A DNA stretch of 64,000 nt from a virus, in the IMG/VR virus record IMGVR_UViG_3300037010_002253, positions 17,363-81,362 of that record; one strand, written 5' to 3'. The position numbers and the translations under genes were made by a program. The notes under the pieces are model-generated. The model had not been told where the DNA came from. It saw nothing but the letters and a program-made list of their open reading frames with translations, and did no database searches. Positions 36,551 to 46,696 of the stretch are shown one piece after another. Numbering within the stretch: the first letter of the stretch is position 1; each line of letters begins with the position of its first letter.

Positions 36551-37876
36551 TCACTTGATCTGGAACTTCGCAGGGAACGGCATAAACCCGCCGCCCGGTT
36601 CGATCGGAGGCTGCTTCGGAACGAAGACGGGTGACTCGCCGGGCTTGGCGAGGTCGAGGAAGTGCGTGCCCGCGTGCGGGTCATTTCCATCGCCGTTCTT
36701 GGGCTTGTCGTTCGTCTTGGCTTTGGTCTTCCCCTTGTCGAGGGCGTTCCTGGTGAGCTTCGCTGTCACGACGTACCCGGTCGTGTCGATGGCGTGCTTG
36801 GAGGACTTCACGCGCCACTCACCGGAGTACGTCTTCGACACGTTCTCGAGCTTGATGATGGCCCTCGCCTTCACCTTCGGGCTCCCGATGACCTTGATGC
36901 TCGCCTCCACGCAGCTCATGTCGATCTTCTGGGTGACCGCGTCGGCGTGCTTCTGGATGATCGTAGTGTCCTTCTCCGGGGTCGGAGAAGTGAGCGCGCC
37001 TCCTTCGATGTAGAAGCCAAACTTCCCGAACGGGTTGTAGTGCTTGTCCGCAAAGAGGTCGTTCTTGGGGGCGACCCCAACCTGGCCATGCAGCACGTCC
37101 ATGTTGGTAAAGAAGCGGCCCATCTTCCGCTCGGACTCCTTGTCGCCCTTCGCGTCCTTGCCCTTACCGTCCTTCGTGTCCGCGCCCGCCTTCTTGTTAT
37201 TGTTGGGCTTCCCCATGCTCACCTCGGGGGTGAACTCGATGAGAGTGCCGAGAGGGTCGTTGAAGTACGAGAACGTCAGGCTGGGCGCCGCGTCGAGACG
37301 CTTCTTGTGGAAGTGAAGCCGGTTCCCTTCGATGAAGCAGTCCCAGTTGAGGGGGGTGGCGAGCGAATAGAGGTACTGGATGTCGGAGACGCTCGCCGGC
37401 TGAACTCTCGCGGAGGACTCGCGGGCGTCGTTCGACTCCTCGATGTCCGCCTCTAGCGAGTACCTCTCCGCGATCTTCCTTGCGATGTCGCTCGAAGACA
37501 CCTTCCCCCAATGCAGCGCGTGCGCCTCGCGGTTCATCGAGTACTGGATGTCCCAGGCCACCATCTCGATCGTAGGGACCTGGCCAGGCGCGGGGTACCT
37601 CGGCTTCGCCTTCGCGATGACAACGCCGTACACCGGGGACAGGTCGTTGGCGTACCCCCACCGCACCCGGAACGTCACCCCCTGGATGAAGCGGGGGTCG
37701 TCCGTGTACTTCCCGCCCATGTTGTTGATGGTGAGCTTGATCTCGTTCGGCTTCTTCTCGTCGTCGTCGTACTCGAACTTGACGATGTCCTCGGCGATGT
37801 CTTCCGCCAGCTTCCCATCCGCCTCGACGAAGAACCGGGGGGCGTAGGTGTCGAGGTAGCTCGCGACGGTAGACAT
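36551..37876 (-). CDS. Baseplate hub (late control gpD-like)
   Basis: VRWGY, SDIARKIA, SDIQYL, IGSPKVKA, YSGEWRV..HAI..GY. Confidence 0.82.
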   Translation of the reverse strand: MSTVASYLDTYAPRFFVEADGKLAEDIAEDIVKFEYDDDEKKPNEIKLTINNMGGKYTDDPRFIQGVTFRVRWGYANDLSPVYGVVIAKAKPRYPAPGQVPTIEMVAWDIQYSMNREAHALHWGKVSSSDIARKIAERYSLEADIEESNDARESSARVQPASVSDIQYLYSLATPLNWDCFIEGNRLHFHKKRLDAAPSLTFSYFNDPLGTLIEFTPEVSMGKPNNNKKAGADTKDGKGKDAKGDKESERKMGRFFTNMDVLHGQVGVAPKNDLFADKHYNPFGKFGFYIEGGALTSPTPEKDTTIIQKHADAVTQKIDMSCVEASIKVIGSPKVKARAIIKLENVSKTYSGEWRVKSSKHAIDTTGYVVTAKLTRNALDKGKTKAKTNDKPKNGDGNDPHAGTHFLDLAKPGESPVFVPKQPPIEPGGGFMPFPAKFQIK

Positions 37877-37879
37877 GTC

Positions 37880-38212
37880 TCAGTAGTCCCCGGGCAGGAT
37901 GTCGAAGAAGAACCGCGACTGGTTCGGGCAGCGGAGGGTGGTGTCCAGCTCGAGCTCCTCGAAGGGGTCCACCACGTCCGACAGATCCGCGATGACCCAC
38001 CAGTAGCTCGCGCTCGTGAGGTACCGCAGTCCCAGCCGCCCCCACGTCTCGCCCCGCGAAGTGGTCCGGATGAAAACGTCGTTGCTTGCTGTCTCCGTGA
38101 CCCGTGGACGCAGGTCGATGAACGGCGGCTGGGTCGCCCTACCGCGCGAGTCGATGGGAGCGATGACGTCGGTGAGACGGTACATGCTGTAGACGCCGAG
38201 GCTCATGTTCAC
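37880..38212 (-). CDS. LysM/tail X-like baseplate protein
   Basis: GETWGRLGLRYL...WWVIADLS..DP...LRCP. Confidence 0.75.
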   Translation of the reverse strand: MNMSLGVYSMYRLTDVIAPIDSRGRATQPPFIDLRPRVTETASNDVFIRTTSRGETWGRLGLRYLTSASYWWVIADLSDVVDPFEELELDTTLRCPNQSRFFFDILPGDY

Positions 38213-38781
38213 CCCACGATGGCGGGCCCGAGGGCGGCCGGGGTCAGGAAGTCCGCGGGACCATCATCCACGAGGCCACCATCCTCGTCGGGGAAGATGT
38301 CGCGAGCCGTCTTCGATTTGTCAACGATCTCGGTCAGGTGCATCGAAATCTTCGCGATCTGGGGTTCGAGCTTGGGGGTCCACTGGATGACCTTGACGCC
38401 GGCCGTCCTGACGAGACATGGGACGCGCTGATACAGCTCACCGAAAGTGAACAGGACGAGATAGGGGAACACGGCCTGCATCCCCGCCTTGTGGTACTCG
38501 CCGGGGTACTCGAGGCTCTGGTAGAAATGGATCTCATTTGCGATGGAGAGGGTGCTGTGCCCTCTCGCCACCTTCCCGCGGTCCCCGTCCAAGTGCAGCT
38601 CGAACTTGATGTTCCGCTCCGACCCCGCGCCGAACTGCGCGACGGGGTGGGAGATGCCAGGTACCTCGTTCGACCCAGCCTTGATGCCCTTCGTGTCGTT
38701 GATCTCGTTCGGGTTGAACATGAAGGCACGAGTGATTCCACGCCCGACGATGGTCAGCCTGCCCCTGGTAATAGACGCCAT
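38209..38781 (-). CDS. Tail tube initiator/baseplate-tube junction protein
   Basis: FMFNPNEI, VPGISHPVAQF, LFTFG pattern. Confidence 0.7.
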   Translation of the reverse strand: MASITRGRLTIVGRGITRAFMFNPNEINDTKGIKAGSNEVPGISHPVAQFGAGSERNIKFELHLDGDRGKVARGHSTLSIANEIHFYQSLEYPGEYHKAGMQAVFPYLVLFTFGELYQRVPCLVRTAGVKVIQWTPKLEPQIAKISMHLTEIVDKSKTARDIFPDEDGGLVDDGPADFLTPAALGPAIVG

Positions 38782-38784
38782 GAC

Positions 38785-41370
38785 TTAGAACCTCCCCGGC
38801 ATCATCGCGCGCGCGGACGGCTTGATCTCCAGGATCTTCGTGGCGACCGTCTCCCCATCGATGTCTAGGTGGACAATCGTGGGGGCCTGGCTGACCTGAG
38901 GCCCTCCGCTGACGTCCGGGTTGTTGAGGCGTGCCTCCGCCGCAGCCGCAGCCGCTTCCATCGCTCGCCGCTTCACCAGCTCGGGGTCCTCCTGGTACTC
39001 CCCGCCAGTGGCCGCGGACGTACCCGCAGGCGCCTCCAGTGGGGTGGGGATGACCGGACCGTAGTTGTGCTTCTCGACGCGAGGACCGGCCTTAGCGGTG
39101 TCGCCCCACATGTCGTCCTTGAACCCCCCGCCAATCCAAGAGTTGTCGACTACTTCTGGGGGTGCGTACCGCCCCTGGCTGGTCTTGTAAGCGTGCTCGA
39201 TTGTCCTCCCCGCGCCGACGATCGTGTCGTGCCACGCCTTCTTCTGGGCCTCGAGGCCCTCCGTGTTCCAGAGGTCCTTTGCTGCCGTGTCTCCACTGTC
39301 CGCAATGCCCCGCAGGGACAGCGACCTCGCCCTGTCATCGTCCACCGCCTTGCGGTGCTCGCCCATCTCGTACCTGACGCGGTCGCCGAAGGACATGTCA
39401 CCCCAGAAACGTCCGTTCGACACGCGCTCGTCGTCTGCGTGAACCTGGCGCCCCGTGAGGATCCCGAGCAGCTTCAACGCCGTGTCGAGGGACGACACCA
39501 TGAAGTGAATCATGCTATAGACGTTGTTGACGATCAGCCCAACAGAGGCAAACGCCGCTCCTACCTGGACCACGATCGCGAGGAGCTTGGACGTGGCGAT
39601 GATCGTGGTGAAGATCGCGTCCGTGATGCCGGCGATAGTCTCGGCAGTCGCCTCGCCGCTCTCCGCGATCTCTCCGATCTTGTCCACGAAGCGGATCGCC
39701 CGGCTCACGGCGCCCTCGAGTGCCCACGCCATCGCGTACCCGAATCGCTCCGCGCCCCCAGCAATCTCGTTGATGGCTTCTCCTCCTCCCTCGAAGATGT
39801 TGAAAACTGCCGTAAGCAACGCCCACAGCTTCTCCATCGCCCGCAGAAGGGAGTCCTTGAGGGGCTGTGTCACCTGGTCCAGGCCGTGCGTGAACCCGTG
39901 CCAGAACTGATCGAACATGATCTTGGCGTCGCGGATGACGCCGATGATCTGGTAGAAGATTGGGAGAAGACCCTTGCTTTCGAGCTTGTCGTACGTCTCG
40001 TCACTCACACCGGCGGCGTAGTTGTTCCAGTTCTTGAGGGTCTCGTAGACGGCGGAGACGACAATCTGCACGTTCTCCCACGACCCGATGGAGTCGCTCA
40101 CCCCGGTCGAGAACATCGACCACAGGCTGTACCCGATCATGATCGCCGCCCCGAGGCCGGCGAACGCCGCTGTCAACGCGCCAACGGTGAGGACCGCGCC
40201 GAAGATCGCCATCGGGAGACCGACCATCATCACCCCGACCACCGCGAGCAGCGCCGTCATGGCAGCGCCGACCACCGCGACCGCCAGGACACCGAATGCA
40301 ACGGCGAGGACGCCCAGGTACGCTGCCACCTTCGGGAGCCAGGGGAACGCCTCCACGAGATTCGCAAGGAACTCGGATATCTTGGTCCCTGCCTTCACCC
40401 CGACCACGGCGATGTCGGTGAAGACCTTGAACCCGTCCGAGAGGCCCTTGATGACCGTGGCGGACTGCGGGATCTGGGAAGTGACGCCGACGAACTCCTT
40501 GAGGGCGATGGTGACATCGCGCAGGCCGTCCTTCGCCGCACCGCCCTTCAACTGCTGAACCATGTCCGGGATCTGTGCGTAGACCTTGTTGAAGTTCAGG
40601 TCCTTGAGCTGCCCCGCCCCACCGAAAAGTAGCGCGCTCTCCTTGAGGATGATGTTGTACTTCTCTTGCGCCGTCTTCGCCCCGTTGACGGCCTTCTTGA
40701 TCCTGTCGAGCACCGCCGGGGTCTGGTCGATGGCGTCCTTGAATACCATCCACTGTCCGCCGACAGCGTTCTTGATGCCCAGGCTCATGTGGTTGACGTC
40801 GCGCCCCGTCGCGTCCGCCATGTCCTGCAAGACCTCAAGCGCGCGGATCTTCTTCCCAGTCTTCGCCATGAAAAGCTGGTCTTCCGCGTTCTCTCCTCCG
40901 AACGGGTTGACGCCCATGCGCCCCATCGAGTTCGTGAGCTGCGCCGTCTCCTGGAGGGTGAAGGTCAGGTTGAGGGCGTCCTTCTTTACTTCCTTGTAGA
41001 CGTCCTGCCACTTGCTCTTGAACGCGAACTGAAGGCCGGACTCGATGTCCTCGAAGGTGGCGGCCTCCTTTGTGAAGTCCTTGAACGCGCCGACGAGCCC
41101 ATCCTTTAGGTCCCCCGCCATCGCGGAGAGACGCCCCAAGGACTGCTCGGCAGACGAGAGACCTGTGTGGAGGTTCCCGAGGTTGATGCCCTCGACGATG
41201 TTCTTGAGCTGTTCCGCGGCCGTGGAGGTCTTCTCCATCTCCGCGGACGCTCCACCCGCGCCGCCCTTCGCCGCGGCAGCCGCAATCGCCTCGAAGCCGG
41301 CCTGGATCTGCTTGAGCTGACCCTGGCCGGCTCCTTCGATGCTGAAACCAACGACGAACTTCTCATCCAT
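38785..41370 (-). CDS. Tape measure protein
   Basis: Long helical Ala/Gly-rich protein with central hydrophobic segments; follows chaperone genes. Confidence 0.8.
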   Translation of the reverse strand: MDEKFVVGFSIEGAGQGQLKQIQAGFEAIAAAAAKGGAGGASAEMEKTSTAAEQLKNIVEGINLGNLHTGLSSAEQSLGRLSAMAGDLKDGLVGAFKDFTKEAATFEDIESGLQFAFKSKWQDVYKEVKKDALNLTFTLQETAQLTNSMGRMGVNPFGGENAEDQLFMAKTGKKIRALEVLQDMADATGRDVNHMSLGIKNAVGGQWMVFKDAIDQTPAVLDRIKKAVNGAKTAQEKYNIILKESALLFGGAGQLKDLNFNKVYAQIPDMVQQLKGGAAKDGLRDVTIALKEFVGVTSQIPQSATVIKGLSDGFKVFTDIAVVGVKAGTKISEFLANLVEAFPWLPKVAAYLGVLAVAFGVLAVAVVGAAMTALLAVVGVMMVGLPMAIFGAVLTVGALTAAFAGLGAAIMIGYSLWSMFSTGVSDSIGSWENVQIVVSAVYETLKNWNNYAAGVSDETYDKLESKGLLPIFYQIIGVIRDAKIMFDQFWHGFTHGLDQVTQPLKDSLLRAMEKLWALLTAVFNIFEGGGEAINEIAGGAERFGYAMAWALEGAVSRAIRFVDKIGEIAESGEATAETIAGITDAIFTTIIATSKLLAIVVQVGAAFASVGLIVNNVYSMIHFMVSSLDTALKLLGILTGRQVHADDERVSNGRFWGDMSFGDRVRYEMGEHRKAVDDDRARSLSLRGIADSGDTAAKDLWNTEGLEAQKKAWHDTIVGAGRTIEHAYKTSQGRYAPPEVVDNSWIGGGFKDDMWGDTAKAGPRVEKHNYGPVIPTPLEAPAGTSAATGGEYQEDPELVKRRAMEAAAAAAEARLNNPDVSGGPQVSQAPTIVHLDIDGETVATKILEIKPSARAMMPGRF

Positions 41371-41376
41371 GGCGGC

Positions 41377-41631
41377 TCACTCCTCGGGGAATGGTACTGC
41401 GCCCCTCCCCCAGATGTAAGCGATGTCGTCCAGGGAGAAGCTAATAGAACTGTCGTCCTTGCTGCGCGCCCTCGCCGCTTGCAGTTCGGCGAGCCTTCCC
41501 TTGTACCTGACCGCCCGGAGTCTCCTCCCACACGGCATCCGACTGACCTCGGAGGACCCCCACCCCCAGCATTCCGCCAGGTAGAAGAGGTCCCCTTCGA
41601 GACTCAGTGGGCTGCCGAGGGGAAGAAAAAA
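41377..41631 (-). CDS. Frameshift extension of tail assembly chaperone (GT-like, -1 frame)
   Basis: Slippery T-TTT-TTC at 41631-41625; -1 frame reads LPLGSPLSLEGDLFYLAECWGWGSSEVSRMP...PFPEE* ending just before the TMP start. Confidence 0.7.
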   Translation of the reverse strand, partial: FFLPLGSPLSLEGDLFYLAECWGWGSSEVSRMPCGRRLRAVRYKGRLAELQAARARSKDDSSISFSLDDIAYIWGRGAVPFPEE

Positions 41632-42401
41632 CCACTGCTACCCACGTTCACGCGCGACGCGAACTGGCGCCCGCACGAGGGGTTGTCGCATGTGATGGGG
41701 CTCACGAGCGTGTCGATTCCGCCCTCGACCTCTTGGTACGCCGCCGCGATGGCACGGCGGTCCTTCGTGGTCAGCCTGGCTAGGGACTGGACGGTCCGGG
41801 GTTCCCCGTCCAGGGAGACGACGCGGAGCTGCTGGAGGGCCGTCACGAGGTCCGCCTTCCGCTCTTCCATCACCTCTTCGAGCATGTCCTCGTCCACGCC
41901 GCGGAGCATCTTCCACACGCAGACCTTCCCGCTCGGGAGGGTAAGCGTGTGGGTCTCCTTCGAGACCAGCTCGACCGGCTTGCTCGTGACCTCGAGCGTA
42001 CTCAGGTCGACGCTGACGCCCTCCACCTCCCGCGAGCACGTCGGGCACACCGCCGTGAAGGTGTAGTCCGACCCGAGGGACATCTCGCGGAGGCGGATGA
42101 CCGCGAACCCTCGGTCGTTCACGTACGCCTGCTTCCACGACTGGAGAAAATGGTTCGGTGCCGAGAACCGATCCTTCCCATCCGGCCGTGTCGCAGTCCC
42201 GATCCGGACGGTGCAGCGCGAGAGGATCTCGCTCATCCGCATCGGTCCGGTCTTGAGCATCTTCCCCTTCCCGCCTGGGGCGGTGCGACGATCGGCGAGG
42301 ATGTCTTCGTCCTCGCCGATCATCTCCTCCAGCTCGATTTCCTTCGTCCACGTCCCATCGGGCTGCTGAATCGCGTTCGGAAGCTGGTGTACGGTCGTCA
42401 T
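41604..42401 (-). CDS. Tail assembly chaperone (T4 gp26-like, two CxxC motifs)
   Basis: EMIGEDEDIL, CPTC, LPSG, CDNPSC, GFFFP end; between tube and TMP. Confidence 0.75.
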   Translation of the reverse strand: MTTVHQLPNAIQQPDGTWTKEIELEEMIGEDEDILADRRTAPGGKGKMLKTGPMRMSEILSRCTVRIGTATRPDGKDRFSAPNHFLQSWKQAYVNDRGFAVIRLREMSLGSDYTFTAVCPTCSREVEGVSVDLSTLEVTSKPVELVSKETHTLTLPSGKVCVWKMLRGVDEDMLEEVMEERKADLVTALQQLRVVSLDGEPRTVQSLARLTTKDRRAIAAAYQEVEGGIDTLVSPITCDNPSCGRQFASRVNVGSSGFFFPSAAH

Positions 42402-42441
42402 GGAAGTCGTGTCCTTTGCTTGTTAGATACGGGTGGTGCGG

Positions 42442-42912
42442 TCAGCCCTTGATCTTCTCGAAGCCCTCGTGGGAGAGGACGATCTCCTCGTACGAATCGG
42501 CCGACGAGTCACCCTTGAGGTCGCTCATGGGCTTGAACTTCTTCGGCCACGCATCCGAGATGCGCCAGGTGCAGGCCACGGTGTTGAGGAAGTTGAGCTG
42601 CTGGATCTCGATGTCCTTCCGGTACTTGACGGCGTTGCCCTTCTGGATCGAGTGGACCTGCTCCACCCAGTTGATCATGTCGTCGCCACCGAGGCCGGGG
42701 AAAACCTGGCCACGCTTGAGGGTGATGTCGCCGAAGTGGGAGAGGCCGGCGGACTTCCGCTCGGTCTCGTTCATGCCGCCTTCGCGGTACTTGACCTCGT
42801 CGGTGTCCTTCTCGAGGCCCGTGACCTCGGAGAAGCCGGCGCGCTGGAAGCCGTCGATGACGACCTTGAAACGGAACGCCTTGAGGGGGTCCATCAGGGT
42901 GGGACGTGCCAT
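42442..42912 (-). CDS. Tail tube protein (T4 gp19-like)
   Basis: DPLKAFRFKVVIDG, FSEVTGL, YREGG, ITLKRG, AWPKK. Confidence 0.93.
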   Translation of the reverse strand: MARPTLMDPLKAFRFKVVIDGFQRAGFSEVTGLEKDTDEVKYREGGMNETERKSAGLSHFGDITLKRGQVFPGLGGDDMINWVEQVHSIQKGNAVKYRKDIEIQQLNFLNTVACTWRISDAWPKKFKPMSDLKGDSSADSYEEIVLSHEGFEKIKG

Positions 42913-42951
42913 GGGAATCTATCTCCTTTCCTTGTAGCTACCGACCCACGG

Positions 42952-45342
42952 TCAGGTCGTCGAGGCGAGCGCCGCGTCGAGGGCGCGCGTGTCCGTCTCC
43001 AGGGAGTACTCTTGGAACTCGGCGGGCTTGGAGTCCGCGAGACCGATGCGGCAGACGAACCGACCCGCGTTCGTCACGAAGGGGCCGTTGTTCGTCTCGT
43101 CGCAGACGATGAAGAAGGCTTCATCGTCCACTGCGCCCGAGAGGATGGGTGGCTCCGCCTGGCGCCACTCGCGGAAGACCGCCGTCAGGTTGCGCACGAC
43201 CGTCCCGCGCGTCGTCGGGTTGTTGCCCTTGAACGCCACATCGCGCGACAGCTCGCGGATCTTCCGCTTCGCGGCATTGAAGATCGTCCGCTTCGTGCGG
43301 AGGCGGTACTCGCCGACCGGGTCGAGGGTGACGCACCCCCAAACCGCAATCCCCTCGCCAGGCGTGTTGAGGATGAAGTTGACGCCGTGCTTGTAGACGA
43401 CGTCGTACTCCTCCTGCGTGAACTCGTACTGGAGGCCGAGCCATCCGTTGATCTTCCCCTCCGTCTTGCCGGCCGCCGCTGCTCCGATGTTGAGGTTGTT
43501 GTGCGTGCGCGCCGTTACGCCCTGGACCACGCCGCACGGGGGAACGAGCTTGAGTCCGCCCGTCACCTTGTCCCGCTTGTACCCGTGAGGCGCGAAGAGG
43601 GACCCGTGGGACGTCGCGATGTTGGCCGTCTCCGTGACCCAGGTCTTGAGCGCGGCCTCGTCCATCGAGGGAGGGGCGTCGTAGATCATCTCGACGTCCT
43701 GGTCCCGACGGTCCTCGCCGTACAGCTCCATCCCCTTGACGATGTCGACGTCCAGGTAGCAGCCCGGGATCGAGATCATGTTGACGTCCGCGGCCTTGTT
43801 GAACGTCCAGAGGCCGGTCTTCGACGCCTTGTCGCCGACGTAGTCCGCCGCGACCGGCTCCGCGCCATCCGACCCGCCCGCGAGGTACGTGGCGGCCGTG
43901 GTGAGGGGACGCGGGTCCAGAGCGGCGCTGGACGCCACCGTGACGGTGATGGGGCAGCGGCTCGTGTTGTTGACCCGGTTCGCGACGTACAGCTCGCCCG
44001 CGAGGCTCGACATCCGGAGGTCCGCGAAGGTCCCGCTCGGGACGAGCGCCCCGTCCTTGTCGTACGTGGTGAGCGAGAACGTTTCGCTAGTGACGTCGGT
44101 CGTCGTGTCCCAGCCCAGGCCCATCAGCGGGACCGTGACCGAAGCGACGAAGGTGACGAGGTTTCCGTCGATCTGCTTCACGACCCCGCGCACGGTACCG
44201 TTGTTGAACGAGAGGGTGTCGCCGACGCGGATGCGGCTCACCGACGCGACCGTGATGGCCAGCAGGACCGTTCCCGCCGCGTAGGACAAAGCGAGCTTCG
44301 TCACCTTCGTGTCCACGCGCGTCGCAGCCACCTGGTACTTGTTCGCCCACGCGCCGGGACTGGACGCCGTGACGGTGAGCGTCAGGACCGGGGTCGACCC
44401 GAGGCCGTAGTGAACATCCGTGTCCGCGCCGATCTTCGCGACGATGGAACCCGAAGCGAACTGGACGCTTCCGAGGGTGCCCGAGGTCGCCGTGGTGACC
44501 CGAACCTTGGTTGCGCTGACGGTCACGTTCGCCGACAGGCCGACCGACGTCGCGAGGAGGGAGCCGAGCTCCGCCCAGGTGACCTTCGAGGCGTCCGCCA
44601 CATTCGAGAACCCGCCCGAGGAGAACGCCACGACGGAGAGGCCGAGGGTCGTGAGGACCTTGGCGGAACCAGACACGACCTCGCCCGACGACGAGGAACC
44701 GGCGACGTCGCACAGGATCTTGAGCTTGCCCGTCCCGTCGTCGAACGCGCGCGCGCCGGTGAGCTGGCTGTTGATCGTCGCGAGGAACGCCAGCTCCGAG
44801 TTGTCGACGTTGTTGAAGACGATGGTCTGTTGCACACCCTGGATGTCGAGGACGAGCGTGTCGCCATCGTCCACGGGGGTCGTCCACGCAGCGGCGCCAC
44901 CGACGACGTACGCGCGCTTGGCGTGGATCACCACGGCCGCCTTCGTGCTGCCGTCGATCTTCGGGATGATGTTGTCGCCATCCGCGAGGGCCACGGTCGC
45001 CGTCGAAAGACCCGACTCCGCGTAGCCGCTCGTCGCGCCATCGACGGTGGACTTGAGGGCGAGCGACGACGCGAGATACCCCGCCCCGAGGACGCGCGAC
45101 AGGTAGCAAGCCCCGCCGCCGTTGTTCCAGAAGTCCTCGAGCACGTCCTCCATCGGGGAGTCGCCGATCGGCGTGTCACCGAACAGCTCCTTCTTGTCCT
45201 CGGGGGACGTGACCAGGGTCGCCGTGAGCGGCCCCTTCTCCAGGCGCCCGCGGAACCCACCGATGGTGGTGGTGTTGCCGTTCAGGGTGTAGGCGCTCTT
45301 CCGCTTCTCCGTGATGGTGGTGTCAGGGCTCTGTCCGGACAT
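42952..45342 (-). CDS. Contractile tail sheath protein
   Basis: FWNNGGGACYLSRV, PPCGVVQG, VWGCVTL, CDETNN, KPAEF. Confidence 0.92.
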   Translation of the reverse strand: MSGQSPDTTITEKRKSAYTLNGNTTTIGGFRGRLEKGPLTATLVTSPEDKKELFGDTPIGDSPMEDVLEDFWNNGGGACYLSRVLGAGYLASSLALKSTVDGATSGYAESGLSTATVALADGDNIIPKIDGSTKAAVVIHAKRAYVVGGAAAWTTPVDDGDTLVLDIQGVQQTIVFNNVDNSELAFLATINSQLTGARAFDDGTGKLKILCDVAGSSSSGEVVSGSAKVLTTLGLSVVAFSSGGFSNVADASKVTWAELGSLLATSVGLSANVTVSATKVRVTTATSGTLGSVQFASGSIVAKIGADTDVHYGLGSTPVLTLTVTASSPGAWANKYQVAATRVDTKVTKLALSYAAGTVLLAITVASVSRIRVGDTLSFNNGTVRGVVKQIDGNLVTFVASVTVPLMGLGWDTTTDVTSETFSLTTYDKDGALVPSGTFADLRMSSLAGELYVANRVNNTSRCPITVTVASSAALDPRPLTTAATYLAGGSDGAEPVAADYVGDKASKTGLWTFNKAADVNMISIPGCYLDVDIVKGMELYGEDRRDQDVEMIYDAPPSMDEAALKTWVTETANIATSHGSLFAPHGYKRDKVTGGLKLVPPCGVVQGVTARTHNNLNIGAAAAGKTEGKINGWLGLQYEFTQEEYDVVYKHGVNFILNTPGEGIAVWGCVTLDPVGEYRLRTKRTIFNAAKRKIRELSRDVAFKGNNPTTRGTVVRNLTAVFREWRQAEPPILSGAVDDEAFFIVCDETNNGPFVTNAGRFVCRIGLADSKPAEFQEYSLETDTRALDAALASTT

Positions 45343-45381
45343 CTTGGTCTCCTTGCTTCCTCTTGGAAGTGAATAACTTCG

Positions 45382-46266
45382 TTAGACGGTAAGGGTGCTC
45401 CAGTCCAGAGTCCCTTGAATGTCTTCCAGCTCGAGGATCTGCTGCACGATGGCAGTACGTGCCCGCAGAGTCCTCGACGTGTCCATCACGCCGAACTCGT
45501 TGCGCGAGTTGTCGGCGTACGCCTCCACGGTGTACTTGAAGGCCATCGCGAAGAACCTGTCCCCCTCCAGGGCCGGTAACTCGTCGGAACCGACCGAGGT
45601 GATCTCCCCGGGTAGCAAGTCGAACGTGCAGACCTCGCCGCTCATCTGCTCGACATCAATCCCGCCGCCGGTCTGGAGGATGAGGTGGATCTGCTCGCAC
45701 ATGAACCCGAGGTCGATCTTGTTCTTGGCGTAGCATGTGACGACATAAGTGACGTCGTACGGATCGGGATGCGCGCGCTCGAGGTACGAGGTCTTCCCGG
45801 TGTATGTGCTCCCATCCGGTTCCGTGATGGTGACCTCGGTGGCGCTGGAGTCCTCCTCCTGGATGACGCTGCCCGGCTCGTAGTTCGACGAACGGTATTT
45901 GAGGCCCGTCATCGACCGCACGACCACGCACGGCCAAATGTCGGAGAAGTCTCTTCCGCTAAACCCGTCGAAGAAGACTGGCACCTGACGGAACGCATGG
46001 GGCTCGAACCCTCGGGAGTACAAACGCACCGTCTCCGGGGTCAGCGTGGACAGGTCCCCCTGACCCTTCTGCGGCGACTTGAGGAGTGGGATTCGGATCC
46101 CGTACGAAGGCAAGCGAACAACTTCGCCCTGATCGTTCGGTGCGCCGATGATCGACGTGTTCACAGGCTTCCCCGTCGCCGGGTCAATGACCGGGTTCCC
46201 CTTGTTGTCGAGGGGGGCACCCGTCAACCGACGGTAGATCGCGAGGTCACAGGCCAAGAACAGCAT
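45382..46266 (-). CDS. Tail terminator/neck protein
   Basis: Position upstream of sheath; PDPYDVTY pattern. Confidence 0.55.
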   Translation of the reverse strand: MLFLACDLAIYRRLTGAPLDNKGNPVIDPATGKPVNTSIIGAPNDQGEVVRLPSYGIRIPLLKSPQKGQGDLSTLTPETVRLYSRGFEPHAFRQVPVFFDGFSGRDFSDIWPCVVVRSMTGLKYRSSNYEPGSVIQEEDSSATEVTITEPDGSTYTGKTSYLERAHPDPYDVTYVVTCYAKNKIDLGFMCEQIHLILQTGGGIDVEQMSGEVCTFDLLPGEITSVGSDELPALEGDRFFAMAFKYTVEAYADNSRNEFGVMDTSRTLRARTAIVQQILELEDIQGTLDWSTLTV

Positions 46267-46696
46267 GGAACGCCCTCCTCCCAACCTGGCTGCGCTTCAC
46301 ACCATCGCGCGCAGGTCCGACGTGGGGTCGGGCGGGCATGTTCCTCGTCCCGAACTCGTGGAACTTGTAGAGACGAGCATCACTTTCCACAGTGAACTGG
46401 CCCGTCCCTACCTTCCGCACCGCGAAGCTCTGGAGGTAGTTTCCCGTCGCAATGAGCGTGCGAGAGTCGTACCCCATCCGCGCCTTCCGCGCCGACCACG
46501 CTGGGGTCAGAGGAGCCATGGGGAACATCTGCATCCGGACCCCATCCGTCACCCGCGCGAGGTAATCATTCGCGATTGCTTCCGCCGCCGCGTCGGTCGC
46601 CGCAGGGTACTTGCGCACCGCGTTCCGCACACGCGCGATGACCCCGTGCGCGGACGGGGTCAAGGTGAACCGAGGCTGAGGAACCGGGAGCATCAC
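46247..46696 (-). CDS. HK97 gp10-like/virion morphogenesis neck protein
   Basis: APLTPAW..RK, LIATG, HEFGTRNMPARP. Confidence 0.75.
   Translation of the reverse strand: MMLPVPQPRFTLTPSAHGVIARVRNAVRKYPAATDAAAEAIANDYLARVTDGVRMQMFPMAPLTPAWSARKARMGYDSRTLIATGNYLQSFAVRKVGTGQFTVESDARLYKFHEFGTRNMPARPHVGPARDGVKRSQVGRRAFHAVLGL

Noticed and set aside
26335-45342. Possible extracellular contractile injection system or tailocin
   Set aside because: Terminase, portal, capsid and replication genes are present, so this is a complete phage
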